DNA of 64,000 nt, from positions 930,001-994,000 of the forward strand of contig NW_027117338.1 in assembly GCF_038025025.1 (NCBI RefSeq). Direction: 5' to 3'. This DNA comes from Phyllosticta citribraziliensis (Eukaryota). The translations under genes and the position numbers were made by a program. A model generated the notes under the pieces. It was given only the letters and a program-made list of their open reading frames with translations. It had not been told where the DNA came from and ran no database searches. Below, piece after piece: positions 35,711-47,008 of the stretch (its first letter is position 1; each line of letters begins with the position of its first letter).

Positions 35711-38700
35711 ATGGCCGAAAGGAACATCGACAGAGAGCTGCCCTCAGTCCCAGCGGAGAAGAAAGAAACAGAGAGCGAAGACAGCCTTTCATTGCCCGAC
35801 GCCGAGTCTAGCGAAAACGAAGAACTGCTGCGCAAAACCCAATGGAAAGATCTCTTCAACTTTACGACAAAGAAGCATTTGCCGTTCCTCATAACTGCGG
35901 TATCCCTCGCGATCATTTGTGGTCTCGTGGTACCGTTCAATGCCTGGCTTCTGGGGAAAATCTTTGACGCCTTTTCGAAATATGCAGCTCGCACAATTGA
36001 CGCCGAGAAGTTGCGGAGCGACATCTCCAAGTACACTATCTACATGGTCGCGCTGGCGGCTGCCAACTGGCTCTTGCAGTCCTTTTACTTTGCTTCTTGG
36101 ATCTTGTTTGGAGAACTCCAAGCCAGGAGCGCTCGCGAAAGAATATTTCGGGCATTGCTGAAGAGGAACATTGAGTGGTTTGACCGTCGGAAAAACGGCA
36201 TTGGGGCCATGATTCCACGCCTGCAAATGTACGACACACCACTTCCACGAAGCCGTTGCGAACTAACAAAGGTCACAGGCAAACGCGTGAACTTCAAATC
36301 GCAACATCTCAGCCATTTGGTACATGCATAGAGGCAGTCGCAACAACGCTCTTGTGTCTCGCCCTGGCAATGTTTTACTCATGGAAGTTGACGCTCGTCA
36401 TCCTTGCAGTCATACCTGTCGTTGGCATATCAGTCGTCTTCTTCTCATCTCGTCTCCAACCCAACGTCGACAAACAGAGTGACAAGCTCAATGAAGCGCT
36501 CAAGTATGCCATGGCAGCTATGTCTTCTATTGAGACTGTCAAGTCATTCAATGGACAGGACCTAGAGGTTTGGAAGTACACTCAAATTGCCCGGAAAGCT
36601 GCCAGCTACTATATCAGGCAAGCCAACTGGAACGCGCTTCAGATGGGTGTCGTCAGCTTGTGCACCTTTGCCATGTTCATTCAGGGCTTTTGGTATGGAA
36701 CCACTCTACTCGACAAGGGACTTTCTCCGGGAAAAGTCTTGACAACTTTTTGGGCAGCGCTCATGGCCTGTCAGGGATTCATGGCCTTTCTGCCCATGAT
36801 GATGATTCTTGAAAAGGGTAGAGCTGCTGGCGCAAAGCTGAGGGCGGTCACCATTCATGGCAGTCTACGTGAAGACGAGGTGGCGGAGGGAATGAAGCCT
36901 GACCATTGTGTTGGGGATATTGAGATGAAAAACGTAAGTTTGAAAGCTACGCGATGAGAGTAGACGCTGACAGGAGAACAGATAAACTTCTCATACCCCA
37001 TCCGTCCCAGCGAGCTGGCGCTGAAAAACGCGTCTCTGTTCTTCGCGGCCGGCGAGACAACGTTTGTCATTGGTAAAAGTGGGTCAGGTAAAAGTACCGT
37101 AGGTCAGATCCTATCTCGCTTCTACCCAACCAAATCCGGAACGATCACGCTAGACGGTCACAAATTCGAGGACCTCGATATTCGATGGCTACGTCGCAAC
37201 CTGACCCTGGTGGAGCAAACCAGCGTACTTTTCGAGGGCTCCATTTTCCGAAATATAAGTTACGGAAAGGAAGACTTTGAGACGGTCACCATGGACCAAG
37301 TCAAGGAAGTAGCTCAATTCGCTCTCTTGACCGACACTATCAACGACATGGCTGACGGATTCGACACTTTTGTCGGTGCTGGGGGTACTTCGATGAGCGG
37401 AGGTCAACGCCAGCGTGTCGCTATTGCCAGGGCTCGCCTTAGAGACACGCCGATTCTGATTTTGGACGAATCTACGAGTGCTTTGGACTACATCAATCGC
37501 ACAATTATCCTGGAGAGCATTAGAAAATGGCGCAAGGGAAAGACCACCATTATCATCACCCACGATATCGGCCAGATTCAAGGAGAGGACTATGTCTTCA
37601 TCTTGGAAAATGGAAAGGTCGTTCAAGATGGATACCGCAACTCTATGGAAAAGGATCTCAACTCACCCTTCCAGAAATTTCTGGTTTCCAGCAAAGAAGA
37701 GGGCCACAAGGAGGCAGAGTCATCAGAGTCGGAATCGGACGAGTCTGAATCAGAAACGTCGTCAGTCTACTCAGAGGGCGCGAAAATGCGGGATCGCTTG
37801 GCCGACTATCTTGAGGAGGACAGACCTCAGGCTCCCAAGTTTGTCCCGAGTATCTTTGTCGAGCAGCGGGTAGACCCAAACAACAGACAGTCAATGGTTC
37901 TTCCACCAATGCAGGCAGGTTACTGGCGCTCTCCTCAGGCATTTGCGTCGTCTCCAATGCCTGTCACGGAGTCTGCCTCGCCGACTACACCGACAACAGC
38001 TTCCCGGAGAAACTCGGGATACTTTGCCGTCGATGAAAAACGCCAGAGTAGAGTCAGAGCCTCTATTTATGTACAAGATTTTGAGGGACTCGTCAACGAA
38101 CCAGACAGACGACGGATGACATGCAAAAGTCGTCGCCAGTCAACCGCTACTCGAAGGCGATCTGCCCGACAGTCGCGGTACAATCGCAAATCTCAAATGA
38201 TACTGGAGAAGCCTGAGATACCGAAGAGGACAGGGTGGAGACGAATCTTGGATTTCGTGCCCGGCTACTTCATCTTCAAAAAACATGAACGTCGTGATGG
38301 CCAAGATGTCATGACAATCAAGCAGATTCTCATGACTGTGTGGCCGCGCCTCAACTGGTTCCAGCGCCTCATCCTCTTTTTTGGGTTCTTCTGGTGCATC
38401 GTCCACGCTGTGTGCACACCCGTCTTTTCATTCGTCTTTACTAAACTTTTGGCGACCTTCTACGTTCCGCAAGGAAGGACTGAAAAGGCTACGATATACT
38501 CCCTGGCGATTCTGGCCATTGCCATCACGGACGGTCTCGCCCAATACTTTTCCCATTTCTTGCTAGAGTACTGCGGCATGATGTGGATCCACAGCGTGCG
38601 CGAGAACGCGATGAAGCAAATTCTTGGACAGCCAAGAGAGTTCTTTGACCGCGAGGAAAATGCCGTCGAAGTCCTGGCGCAGAGCCTCGACTACCACGCC

Positions 38701-40170
38701 GAAGAAATGCGAAACTTGCTGGGCCGTTTCGCTGGACAAGTCACGATTGCCATCGTCATGATGTGCACGGCCATCATCTGGAGTATCGTCAGCGCATGGA
38801 AACTGGCTCTCGTTGGTCTCTCCATCGCCCCCATATTCTGGGCTGTTACAAATGGCTTCTCGGCAGTCAGCAGTAAAGCTGAGGGTGCGCTCAACGACGC
38901 CGACGAAAAGGCTACAGAGATTGTGGGCGAGACTTTCACAAACATCAAGACTGTCCGGTCTTTCACTCTGGAAAACACCCTTCTGAAAAAGCACCTCGAA
39001 GCTACGCAAACCATCTTCAAAGTCGGCCTTCGCCGCGCCATATACTGCGGCGTCTTCTTCGGTCTCACGGACAGCATCATCCACTTTGTGACTGCTTTGC
39101 TCTTCTACTATGGAGGCGAAGTCATTGCGACAAACGAATTCACAGTGACAAAGGTCCTCAACGTCTTTACCGAGCTGACCATGAGCATGACCAATGTATC
39201 TCTCATCATCTCCATGATACCTCAGATCGGATCTTCACGAGACACGGCGACGCGTCTACTGCGCCTGGCGAAGCTCGACTCGTCCAAATCGCACGAAGAG
39301 CAAGGCTCGACGCGGATCCCGCTCATCGGCGACATCATCCTGCACAACCTGTCCTTCAGCTATCCAACACGACCATCAACGACGGTTCTGCACGACGTCA
39401 ACATGACGATCCGGGCGGGCAGCTGCGTGGCCATCGTCGGTTCATCAGGCTCAGGCAAGAGCACCATTGCCGCGCTCCTTCAGAACCTCTATTCTGTCCC
39501 TTACACCAGCAACGACGCAAGCATCACCCTCTCCGGCCGCGACCTGCGCCACCTACACACGCCCACTCTGCGCTCCCTCGTCACCGTCGTCAGTCAGAGC
39601 CCCACCATCTTCCCTGCCTCCGTCTTCGACAACATCACCTACGGCCTGCGCGACGCGGATCCGCAGAGGGCGCTTCCCCGTGTCCGCGAGGCCGCCAACG
39701 CTGCCGGCATCGACGAGTTCATCTCCTCGCTGCCCGCCGGCTACGACACTCCAATTGGCGAAGGCGGGGTCGGTCTGTCCGGTGGTCAGGCGCAGCGCAT
39801 CGCCATTGCGCGCGCGCTGGCCCGCAAGCCCAACGTCTTGATTCTCGACGAGGCTACGAGTGCGCTGGACGTCGAGAACGCAGGCATCGTGCGTGAGACT
39901 ATCAAGCGTTTGGTCAAGGGCACGAGGGAACCGCAGGCGTTGGACAGGGGGAGCTCGGCGTCATTGGTCGGCAAGGGTATGACCGTCATCATGATTACGC
40001 ATGCCAGGGAGATGATGGAAATTTCTGAAAAGGTCTTCATGCTGGACAAGGGTAGGTTGGTGGAGGAGGGTTCTTTTGGAGAGCTGGCAAGGAAGAAGGG
40101 TCCATTTTCTAGATTGCTTAGGGGCGAGCTGGAGGGTGAGGGAGGGTACGAAGGGGCAGCGTCGAACTAA
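35711..40170 (+). CDS. STE6: ABCB full transporter, a-factor exporter STE6/HST6 type
   Basis: TMD-NBD-TMD-NBD layout; Walker A GKSGSGKST and GSSGSGKST; signatures MSGGQ and LSGGQ; TTIIITHD; two introns. Confidence 0.88.
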
Positions 40171-40337
40171 ACGGTGGATCAGTTTTGGCTTTAATCTTTT
40201 GGCCTAGCTTTTGTTCGAATTCGATTCATGCTTTTCTCCAACCGTCTATGCTGTGCAACTCCTCATCGCCAACCGAAAGATTCCCGTCAGGCAGATGCAT
40301 AAATGCGCATATTTATTCCACCTTATTCAACAAAAGA

Positions 40338-41312
40338 TTATCTCTGTCCCGCAAATCTGCGCTCCTGGACTTCAGACAGGGCACGGCTTCCGCTCAGCAG
40401 CGCCACAACTCCGACCGCTCCAACCGCGGGCAAAGTCTGGAAGAGGTTCCAGCAAGTGTAGTAGAGGAAGAAGATGCCTTCGAGCGCGACGATGGAGCCA
40501 AAGAAGAGCGCGTGAGACGCGGGGGCGGCGCCCAGGGCCTTGGGTAGGTGGTTCACGTTGGCACCTAGGGCGACCCAAGTGATGAGCAGGACAGGCAGCG
40601 CAGCAGCAACCGCCGCAGCAAACACGAGCGTGATGACCCTGGGCGGGTTGCGCGGATCTTCCTTGAAGATGTGGTGGATCTCGTCTTTCTTGCCGTAGCG
40701 GACAGGAGGGTCGGGGATCGCAAGAGGGACGTTGGGGTCACGCTGGACGTCGAGGTCGAAGACGACCGAGTTGTAGGGTTCTGAAGAGCCGAAGGAACCA
40801 ATGACGAGGGATGCCTGAAGGGGAGAGCTCGTGGTGAGGAATTGGTAGGGGAGCTCCTTCTGAGTCTACCAACTGTTAGACCGTAATTATAAACCCAAAC
40901 TGACGGCAAATCATACCAGCTCGACCTTTGCCTTGCCATTGTCCTTAACACTCAAGGCGAAAGCGTCCTCGAGGCCAGTCTTGGGGTCCGTCACAGTGAG
41001 GAACGCTTGGTGTGGCCTCTTTGCCTTCTTGCCGTCGACGGTCGTCAAGATGATTTTGAGGGTATCAGTAGCTCCAAGAGCGATTGGCTTGCTGAGCGGT
41101 GCCTTGGGATCGAGCCTGTGGTCTTGTCGTTAGTGACGTGTTGGATATTTGTACATAGTTGGGTGCAAGCTGTACTTCTCCTTCACACCTCCGCCGACGC
41201 CAGCGCCTTTGGCCTGGACGGTAAGAGAGGCATCGTCGAAGCCCCAGGAGGACGCAGCACTGACGGCGCTGGCGCCTGCAAGTAAAAGTGTCGAGACGAA
41301 GGAGAAACGCAT
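40338..41312 (-). CDS. SWP1: Oligosaccharyltransferase subunit Swp1/ribophorin II
   Basis: Signal peptide; KRPHQAFL; RYGKKDEIHHIFKEDPRNPP; three C-terminal TMs; RALSEVQERR; two introns. Confidence 0.93.
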
Positions 41313-42412
41313 CGTGGGCCAATTGGGGTATTGCGGCGTGCTCGAAGGTTGACTTGCACTGGGCCGGGAGCTGCAAGCTGCCAGGTGTTAGAGGAGACGT
41401 AAGCGCGTTACCGCACGGACCAGGCCATCCTCAAGCTCATAGGTCGCGTGGGTCGCGACCACGAAAAGCTCAACACCATCTCGACCATGGCCTGAATGAA
41501 AGCCAACGCCACAGCCGTCGACATTGCCGTTACTTGGAACTAGTGCAATCACTTCTCTCCTCATGAAGATGGGGGTTCTGCTCGCGCGCTCCCCCTCTTT
41601 TACTCGGATCGTCGTCTGAACAAGAAAAAAGTATTTTGGTTCGAGATGGATTCATTACTGTTGACAGTAAGCTTCGCTTTTAGAGCGGCTAGCGAAGAGA
41701 TAATCGATCATTTTCCTACACTGGTCCAGTGTCACGACTTCTTGATTCTGCGCTTTTCCACCAGTCTCTTCCTGCCAAGCGCTTTCGACTCTAAGCTCCT
41801 CGTTCCATTTCAAGGGCTTTAAGTTCTGACCATCAATCTCATCGACTTGTGGTGCCATCATTCGATGAAGAAGTGCCAATGGTTGCATGACGATAGATAT
41901 GTCAAGAACGATGCGGTCGAGACGTTGAGCGTGGGTCGCCGCGGCGGAGCAGAGCATCGATCCATGGTACGGCATCAGTCCCCAATCAAAATATGCACAC
42001 CAGAGTATGCCTACCCGGTCTTTGAGTTTTTTTTCCAGTCAAAAGTCGAATGCCAGTTGATTTGTTAGTAAACCGATATGTATAAGTAGCTAGCGAACCC
42101 TTTTGAAAGGGTCAGATCCATAGTTCAAACTCATCACAACGCACTGTCTGCAGTCCCTACGCGTCAATCGACCCCAGGTCGCAGCTTCTCTTAAAGCCAA
42201 CAGTCTCCGTTCTTGCACACGAAGCTTCCTCAACCGTCTCTGCTGGTGGTCATCGCCTTCAACAATCTCTCATCCCCCTGACAGTCGACCCAACACCTCG
42301 ACCCTGTGGACCCTCACCCTCTCATCCCCTCTAAACCTCTCCATCTCGCCCTGTAAGTGTTCTCGAGATTTATCATGCTCCCCGCATTCACTAAACCGAA
42401 ACAGAAAACAAA

Positions 42413-43006
42413 ATGGGCCCCCAAAACACCTGCCCTGAGAAGACCGCGGGTCCCACTGGCAGCCCTGTCGAGAAGGGCAAGGTCTCCACCAAAGGCCTGC
42501 CCGAAGCAACGCAAAGGCGCCGGCATCACGATCTCCGGCGGGCAAATTATCACGACGCCGTCGCGGCAATCCATGACAAGGCCCAGCGTGAGCTCCGCGT
42601 CACGGCAGCGGCCTACAAGAAGGAGAAGCAGGAGGCCCTCAAGTCGGGCGTTCCCATGAAGCCCTTGCCTGCGCCAAAGTATTCCCCTCGGCTCGCGCAA
42701 ATGGCCTCTGGCCTCATCGACATCGGCAACCCGGGAGCTCGCGGCCGGGTCACTGCACGTATCAAGAGTCTTGCCCGCGACGTTGCTGAGGCCTTTGTCA
42801 ATAGCAGATACGGCAGCCTCGAGCGACAGCTCAATTACAAGGGCTTTCCAATCTTGGCGGAGGAGGCGCGCAAAATGCGCAAGTGGTTCTTGTCCGAGGA
42901 GTGGAGGAGACCCGTGCCGCTCGGGACGCGAGAAGAGATGATCGATGACTTGAGGAGCGGCATCGAGGCCCTCAAGTTGATTGAGCGCTTAATCCAGCGG
43001 TCCTGA
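42413..43006 (+). CDS. Hypothetical basic helical protein, 197 aa
   Basis: Coding-like codon bias; TATA-like TATAAG near 42081; apparent 5'-UTR intron 42353-42404 (GTAAGT...CAG) just before AAAATG. Confidence 0.6.
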   Translation: MGPQNTCPEKTAGPTGSPVEKGKVSTKGLPEATQRRRHHDLRRANYHDAVAAIHDKAQRELRVTAAAYKKEKQEALKSGVPMKPLPAPKYSPRLAQMASGLIDIGNPGARGRVTARIKSLARDVAEAFVNSRYGSLERQLNYKGFPILAEEARKMRKWFLSEEWRRPVPLGTREEMIDDLRSGIEALKLIERLIQRS

Positions 43007-44181
43007 GTGGATGTTGCGTGCAGAATATTTGATTCTCATTCTTCTTTTGTCGAGACATGGGTTGGAGCTAGCGTTCTGTTCTTTTTCATCATGATACCAC
43101 GCCCATTGAGAGCAGACGGGACTTGGACGTTTTTTGGCGGCGTCCCCAATTTTCTTCGGCGTACCTCAACGGAGCATAGCGCATCATTCCTCATATTTTC
43201 ATGTCAATTGACTGTGGAAAATCTTCATCTTCAAATCAAACCGCTTTTTCTTGACCAATCATAACCCGAACAAGGGGGAATGCTCAACCCAAAACGTGAT
43301 TTTCGTGGTCGAAAGCTGATATACAAACTTTAAATGCAGAAGAAACAACAAGACAGGCTCGTCCACGTGCAATACCTATTTCCTGAATGCTTCCATTTTT
43401 CCCCCTCGATGATAGATCAAGCAAGAGTCCGTGCGAGGCGGAGGCGGGGGAGTCGCTGCTCGGGCTCCCGAGCGCCGATCCTTGCGAGCCGGCCCTCGGC
43501 CCGAGACTCCACACGCGTTTTGTGGAACAACTCGAGCTTCCCCCTTCAACGCACTCCGCTTCGACGCTCTACGTTTGCAGCTGGTTGCTCGATGCGTTGG
43601 TGTTAATGGGCACATTGACAGACTCAATCGCTACAAACGCTGACACTCTCGCAAGGTCTCATCAATTGAAGCAAATCTACGGTCGCTGGACGAGCTTCGA
43701 CCGCCGTGTCCGACGTTGAAGGACCAGTCAGGAGACCTCAGACGACGCGGCTAGGTCGGTTGCTTGTCTATCAAAGAACGTGTCAGCGAAGATACCCAAA
43801 GCAAGAGCAAGGAAATCTACTAAAGATCAACCCATCGAACTCAGGCTTCCTCAGGCGGGACTGTCAAGTGCTGGGATCATCCAACTGTCCGTAGCATCCA
43901 CCTCCCGGCCGCCACAGCAGTGACTCATTTGCACACAGAGCTCTCCGTCCGTCGAACGACAACTCATCAGGGGCGGGAGCGCACAAGCCTTTAAGCCAAA
44001 ATCACCAAAACGCGCCCAATCAAACGCGTAGCAGACGCGCGACAGCTGTCGCAGCAATTCCGATTGACATCAAAACCTACTTACCCTCGACCGGCCACTC
44101 ATCTCATCCCGCATTTCTACACCGTACACGAGATTCACCTTTCAACTTTTTTCCCCGGCCACGTACGAGACGACCAACATC

Positions 44182-44800
44182 ATGATTACGCCTGTGCTCC
44201 TCCGCGTGATGCGGCCCGCCGCCCTCCAGTTGTCCCCTACGCTCATCCGCTCCGCCGCTACGACGACTGCCGTCCCACCTTCAAAGAAGAACAGCACGCG
44301 CGCCTCGTCGTCGCCGCAATCAGCGCCAAAATCAGCATCTTCCAGATCCACGGCGCGCAAACCGACCGCGTCGCAGCGAGCCAAGGCAAGCAGCGGCGCC
44401 AGCAGCAGCAGCAGTCCTACTAGCGAAGACGCGGCCGCGTCGCAACGCCGTAGCGAAAAGGCGCTCGAGCACGCGCGGGAGTGGCAGAAGCAGCAGCAGC
44501 GAGAAGACGAAGAGGCGGCCAAGAAGAGGCAGCAGCAGCAGCGCCAGGGCGCGATGCGGAAGGAGTACAAGCCGGTGGCGCGCCGCTTGTTGGCGGCCAT
44601 CGTGGCGGCGCCTGTTGCCATTGTGTCGAGTTGGATGTTGTGGGAGAGACGTAAGTTTCTTCATTTTACGTTGAGTGAGAAGCATTGGCTGACTTGTTTG
44701 CGCGACGGCAGTTGTGCTGGGCAAGGAACAGAAACCTGTCCCAGAGGTGTCAGAAGGTTCGGCTGGAGACTCCGGCGCTGGCCCTGCGGGTGCGAGGTAG
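44182..44800 (+). CDS. Small probable mitochondrial single-TM protein
   Basis: Exons 44182-44650 and 44712-44800. Presequence-like N-terminus; EYKPVARR-TM-WER|LVLG. Confidence 0.75.
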
Positions 44801-45111
44801 GCGTGGATCATTGGGATCGTTTCACTGTGGACGAAAGATAGACGAGGGAGTGGTGAGTGAGTCTTTCAAGCGCTTTTGTAACATGCCAGCCTACGGGCTC
44901 GAGGGCATGGACACGAAGAGGCAACGCTTTGACGACTGATGCCGCAATGCTTCTGTAATATACGCGAAATGAGGCAACGACGTTGAGCCAGAGTGTTCAA
45001 TTGCATTCCTTCGTGCTTTCCTCGCGCAAATCAAACACACAAACCGCAAAATTTGTCCCGCTGGATTCGACGCCTCGTTTACATCATTTTTTCATTCACC
45101 GCGACGAGCCC

Positions 45112-46106
45112 TTAGAGCGAGGCCTTGAGCACCTTGAAGGCATCAGACCTGGATCCCTTGAAGCGCTCCTCGGCCGTCTTCCAGTTGATGACGGTCCAGA
45201 TGTTCTCGATGTAAGCCGCCTTGCCGTTCAGGTACTGTGTTCAAAGTTAGACTGCATCCACGCGGAGACGGAGCACAACAACAAGAACCTACCTGCAGGT
45301 AGTATGCATGCTCCCAGAGATCGATCCCAAACACTGGAACCTCGCCCGGTCCAACGATGGGGTCTTGGTCCTTGGTCGTGACGATAGCCAATCTCGGCTC
45401 CTTCGTTGCGCCTTCGACCTTGACGAGCCAGCCCCAGCCAGAACCCTGGATGCCGAGCAGAGCAGCGGTGAACTTCTCACGGAACTGCTGCTCGCCCCCA
45501 AAGGTCTCGGTGATCTTGGCGGAGAGCGAGGGTGCGGCCGTGGCGAGCTTGGTGTCGGACGAGTTTTGCGGGGCTAGGTTCTCCCAGAAGAGCGAGTGGT
45601 TGATGTGGCCGCCGCCATTGAAGCGGATGGCGGACTGCAGCTGGATTTGGTCGGGGACGTCGCAAGAAGTGATGGCGCTGCTGTACTTGGCGAGTGCGGC
45701 GTTGAGGTTCGTCACGTAGGTGGCATGGTGCTTGCTGTGGTGCAGCTCCATGATCTGCTTGCTGATGGCCGGCTCGAGGGCCTTGGGGTTGTGTTAGCAG
45801 GCATTGTCTTGGAGTTGGGGAGGTGTTGTGGCTGAGTCTCTAGCTGTGAGGGAGCATTCATGAGGTGGTTGGTTTTGGTGGATAGAGGAGTCAGGCGACT
45901 GGATGAAAGCTTACATCGTAGGGGTACGGCAGCGGAGGGAGCGAGTATTTTTGGACAGACATGGTGGTGGTGTTCTCTCCGATTGACGGGTTAGGGTTGT
46001 TGAAGAAGGGTAGTTGGAAGAAGGAGGCAGAGGCGGGAGCAATGAGATTGGAGAAGACCAGGAGACAGGAGACGGCAAAGGACATGAAGGTGTTGATTGT
46101 CGACAT
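45112..46106 (-). CDS. sod2: Manganese superoxide dismutase, non-mitochondrial type (267 aa with signal peptide, or 219 aa from ATG 45962)
   Basis: Exons 46106/45962-45915, 45781-45293, 45234-45112. LPPLPYPYDALEP, HHSKHH, NGGGHINH, QGSGWGWL, DLWEHAYYLQY. Confidence 0.97.
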
Positions 46107-46213
46107 CGGTGCGGGGTCGTGCCTGAGAGGGTTATGACACCATGATGTCCTCGGCCAAGCAGGAGATGGCATTTTGAAGAGACGTGACTGGCTGCACCTC
46201 TGCCTGCACTGGT

Positions 46214-46266
46214 CAAGGTCAAGAAGCTCAAACTTGCTCAACACACAGGACAGCTTAACTTGCTCA
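46214..46266. promoter_or_regulatory. Cluster of putative copper-starvation elements (AACTTGCTCA x2, AAGAAGCTCA) plus CAAGGT in a bidirectional promoter
   Basis: AACTTGCTCA at 46231-46240 and 46257-46266; AAGAAGCTCA at 46221-46230; CAAGGT at 46214-46219. Resembles Mac1 TTTGCTCA and ZafA CAAGGT cores. Confidence 0.6.
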
Positions 46267-46490
46267 TACACCCTCAACGGCCGCGCGTGAAACAATCGAC
46301 GGCTGAAACACAGACTGCACTGGACGGGCCGACCCTGCGGATTGATCGGGTTATAAGAAGCTGTGCTGCAACAAGAGAGGCTGGTCAGATCCCCTCTGTA
46401 CAAACCGACACAAAACGTGGTGTTGACCCTGCGACGTTCCAGCCCCGAGAGCAACGCCACCCGAAGTCCGAGACGGCCGATTCGACAACC

Positions 46491-47008
46491 ATGTGCGGAG
46501 ACTCGTGCACCTCGACTCGACTTTCCTCGGGCGGCACCATCGCTGTCCTGCGCTCTCCGCACGACGCTACCGGCCAGCCCGTCACCAATGAGCCCGTCGC
46601 AAGCTGCGACTTGCTCTTCGACAACCCTACCAAAACTGCCAGTGCTCGTACGCGGGCCGTCCTCCGCGCCAGGGATGGCGTGTCTTTCGACAGCTTGAAA
46701 ACCTACTTTATGCTCATCCAGTAGGCTGCTCCACCCAGTACTCCCTCTTTGCATTGCTAACGGTTCACGCGTTGAACAGCCGCGATGGAGACCTCCGCAC
46801 CCGCGCATCCATGAGCGACGAGGTCCGCACTGCCCTCCACGCGATCGAGCTGAAACCCGCTGTGGATGAACACCAGAACCATGCGCTGATGGACCTGCCC
46901 GGTGCTCTGGACCTCAATGTCGGCACAGAGCGAGGCGTCATTGGTCGCCGAGTGTCGATTGTCCGCGGCGGAGAGCGAGTCGCCGAGGGCATCATCGGAT
47001 ACAACTGA
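46491..47008 (+). CDS. Cu/Zn-SOD-fold (CCS domain II-like) protein lacking most metal ligands, 152 aa
   Basis: Exons 46491-46720 and 46780-47008; CAACCATG start; TATAAG at 46352. Splicing creates YFMLIH|RDGDL (cf. SOD1 HGFHVHEFGD); C-terminus GVIGRRVSIV...RVAEGIIGYN (cf. IIGRTLVV...RLACGVIG). Confidence 0.75.

Noticed and set aside
41655..41975. 106-aa minus-strand ORF
   Set aside because: No recognisable motif and no coherent splice model; left unresolved.
45988..45999. Telomere-like GGGTTAGGGTT, a possible telomerase RNA template
   Set aside because: Under two repeat units and explained by the NNPNP codons of the Mn-SOD extension.
45891..46808. 305-aa minus-strand ORF as the Mn-SOD N-terminus
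   Set aside because: It overlaps the promoter and the opposite gene; only the part from ATG 46106 looks protein-like.
46491..47008. Calling the small gene CCS1 or SOD1
   Set aside because: It has no Atx1 MxCxxC domain, no C-terminal CxC, and lacks most Cu/Zn ligands.
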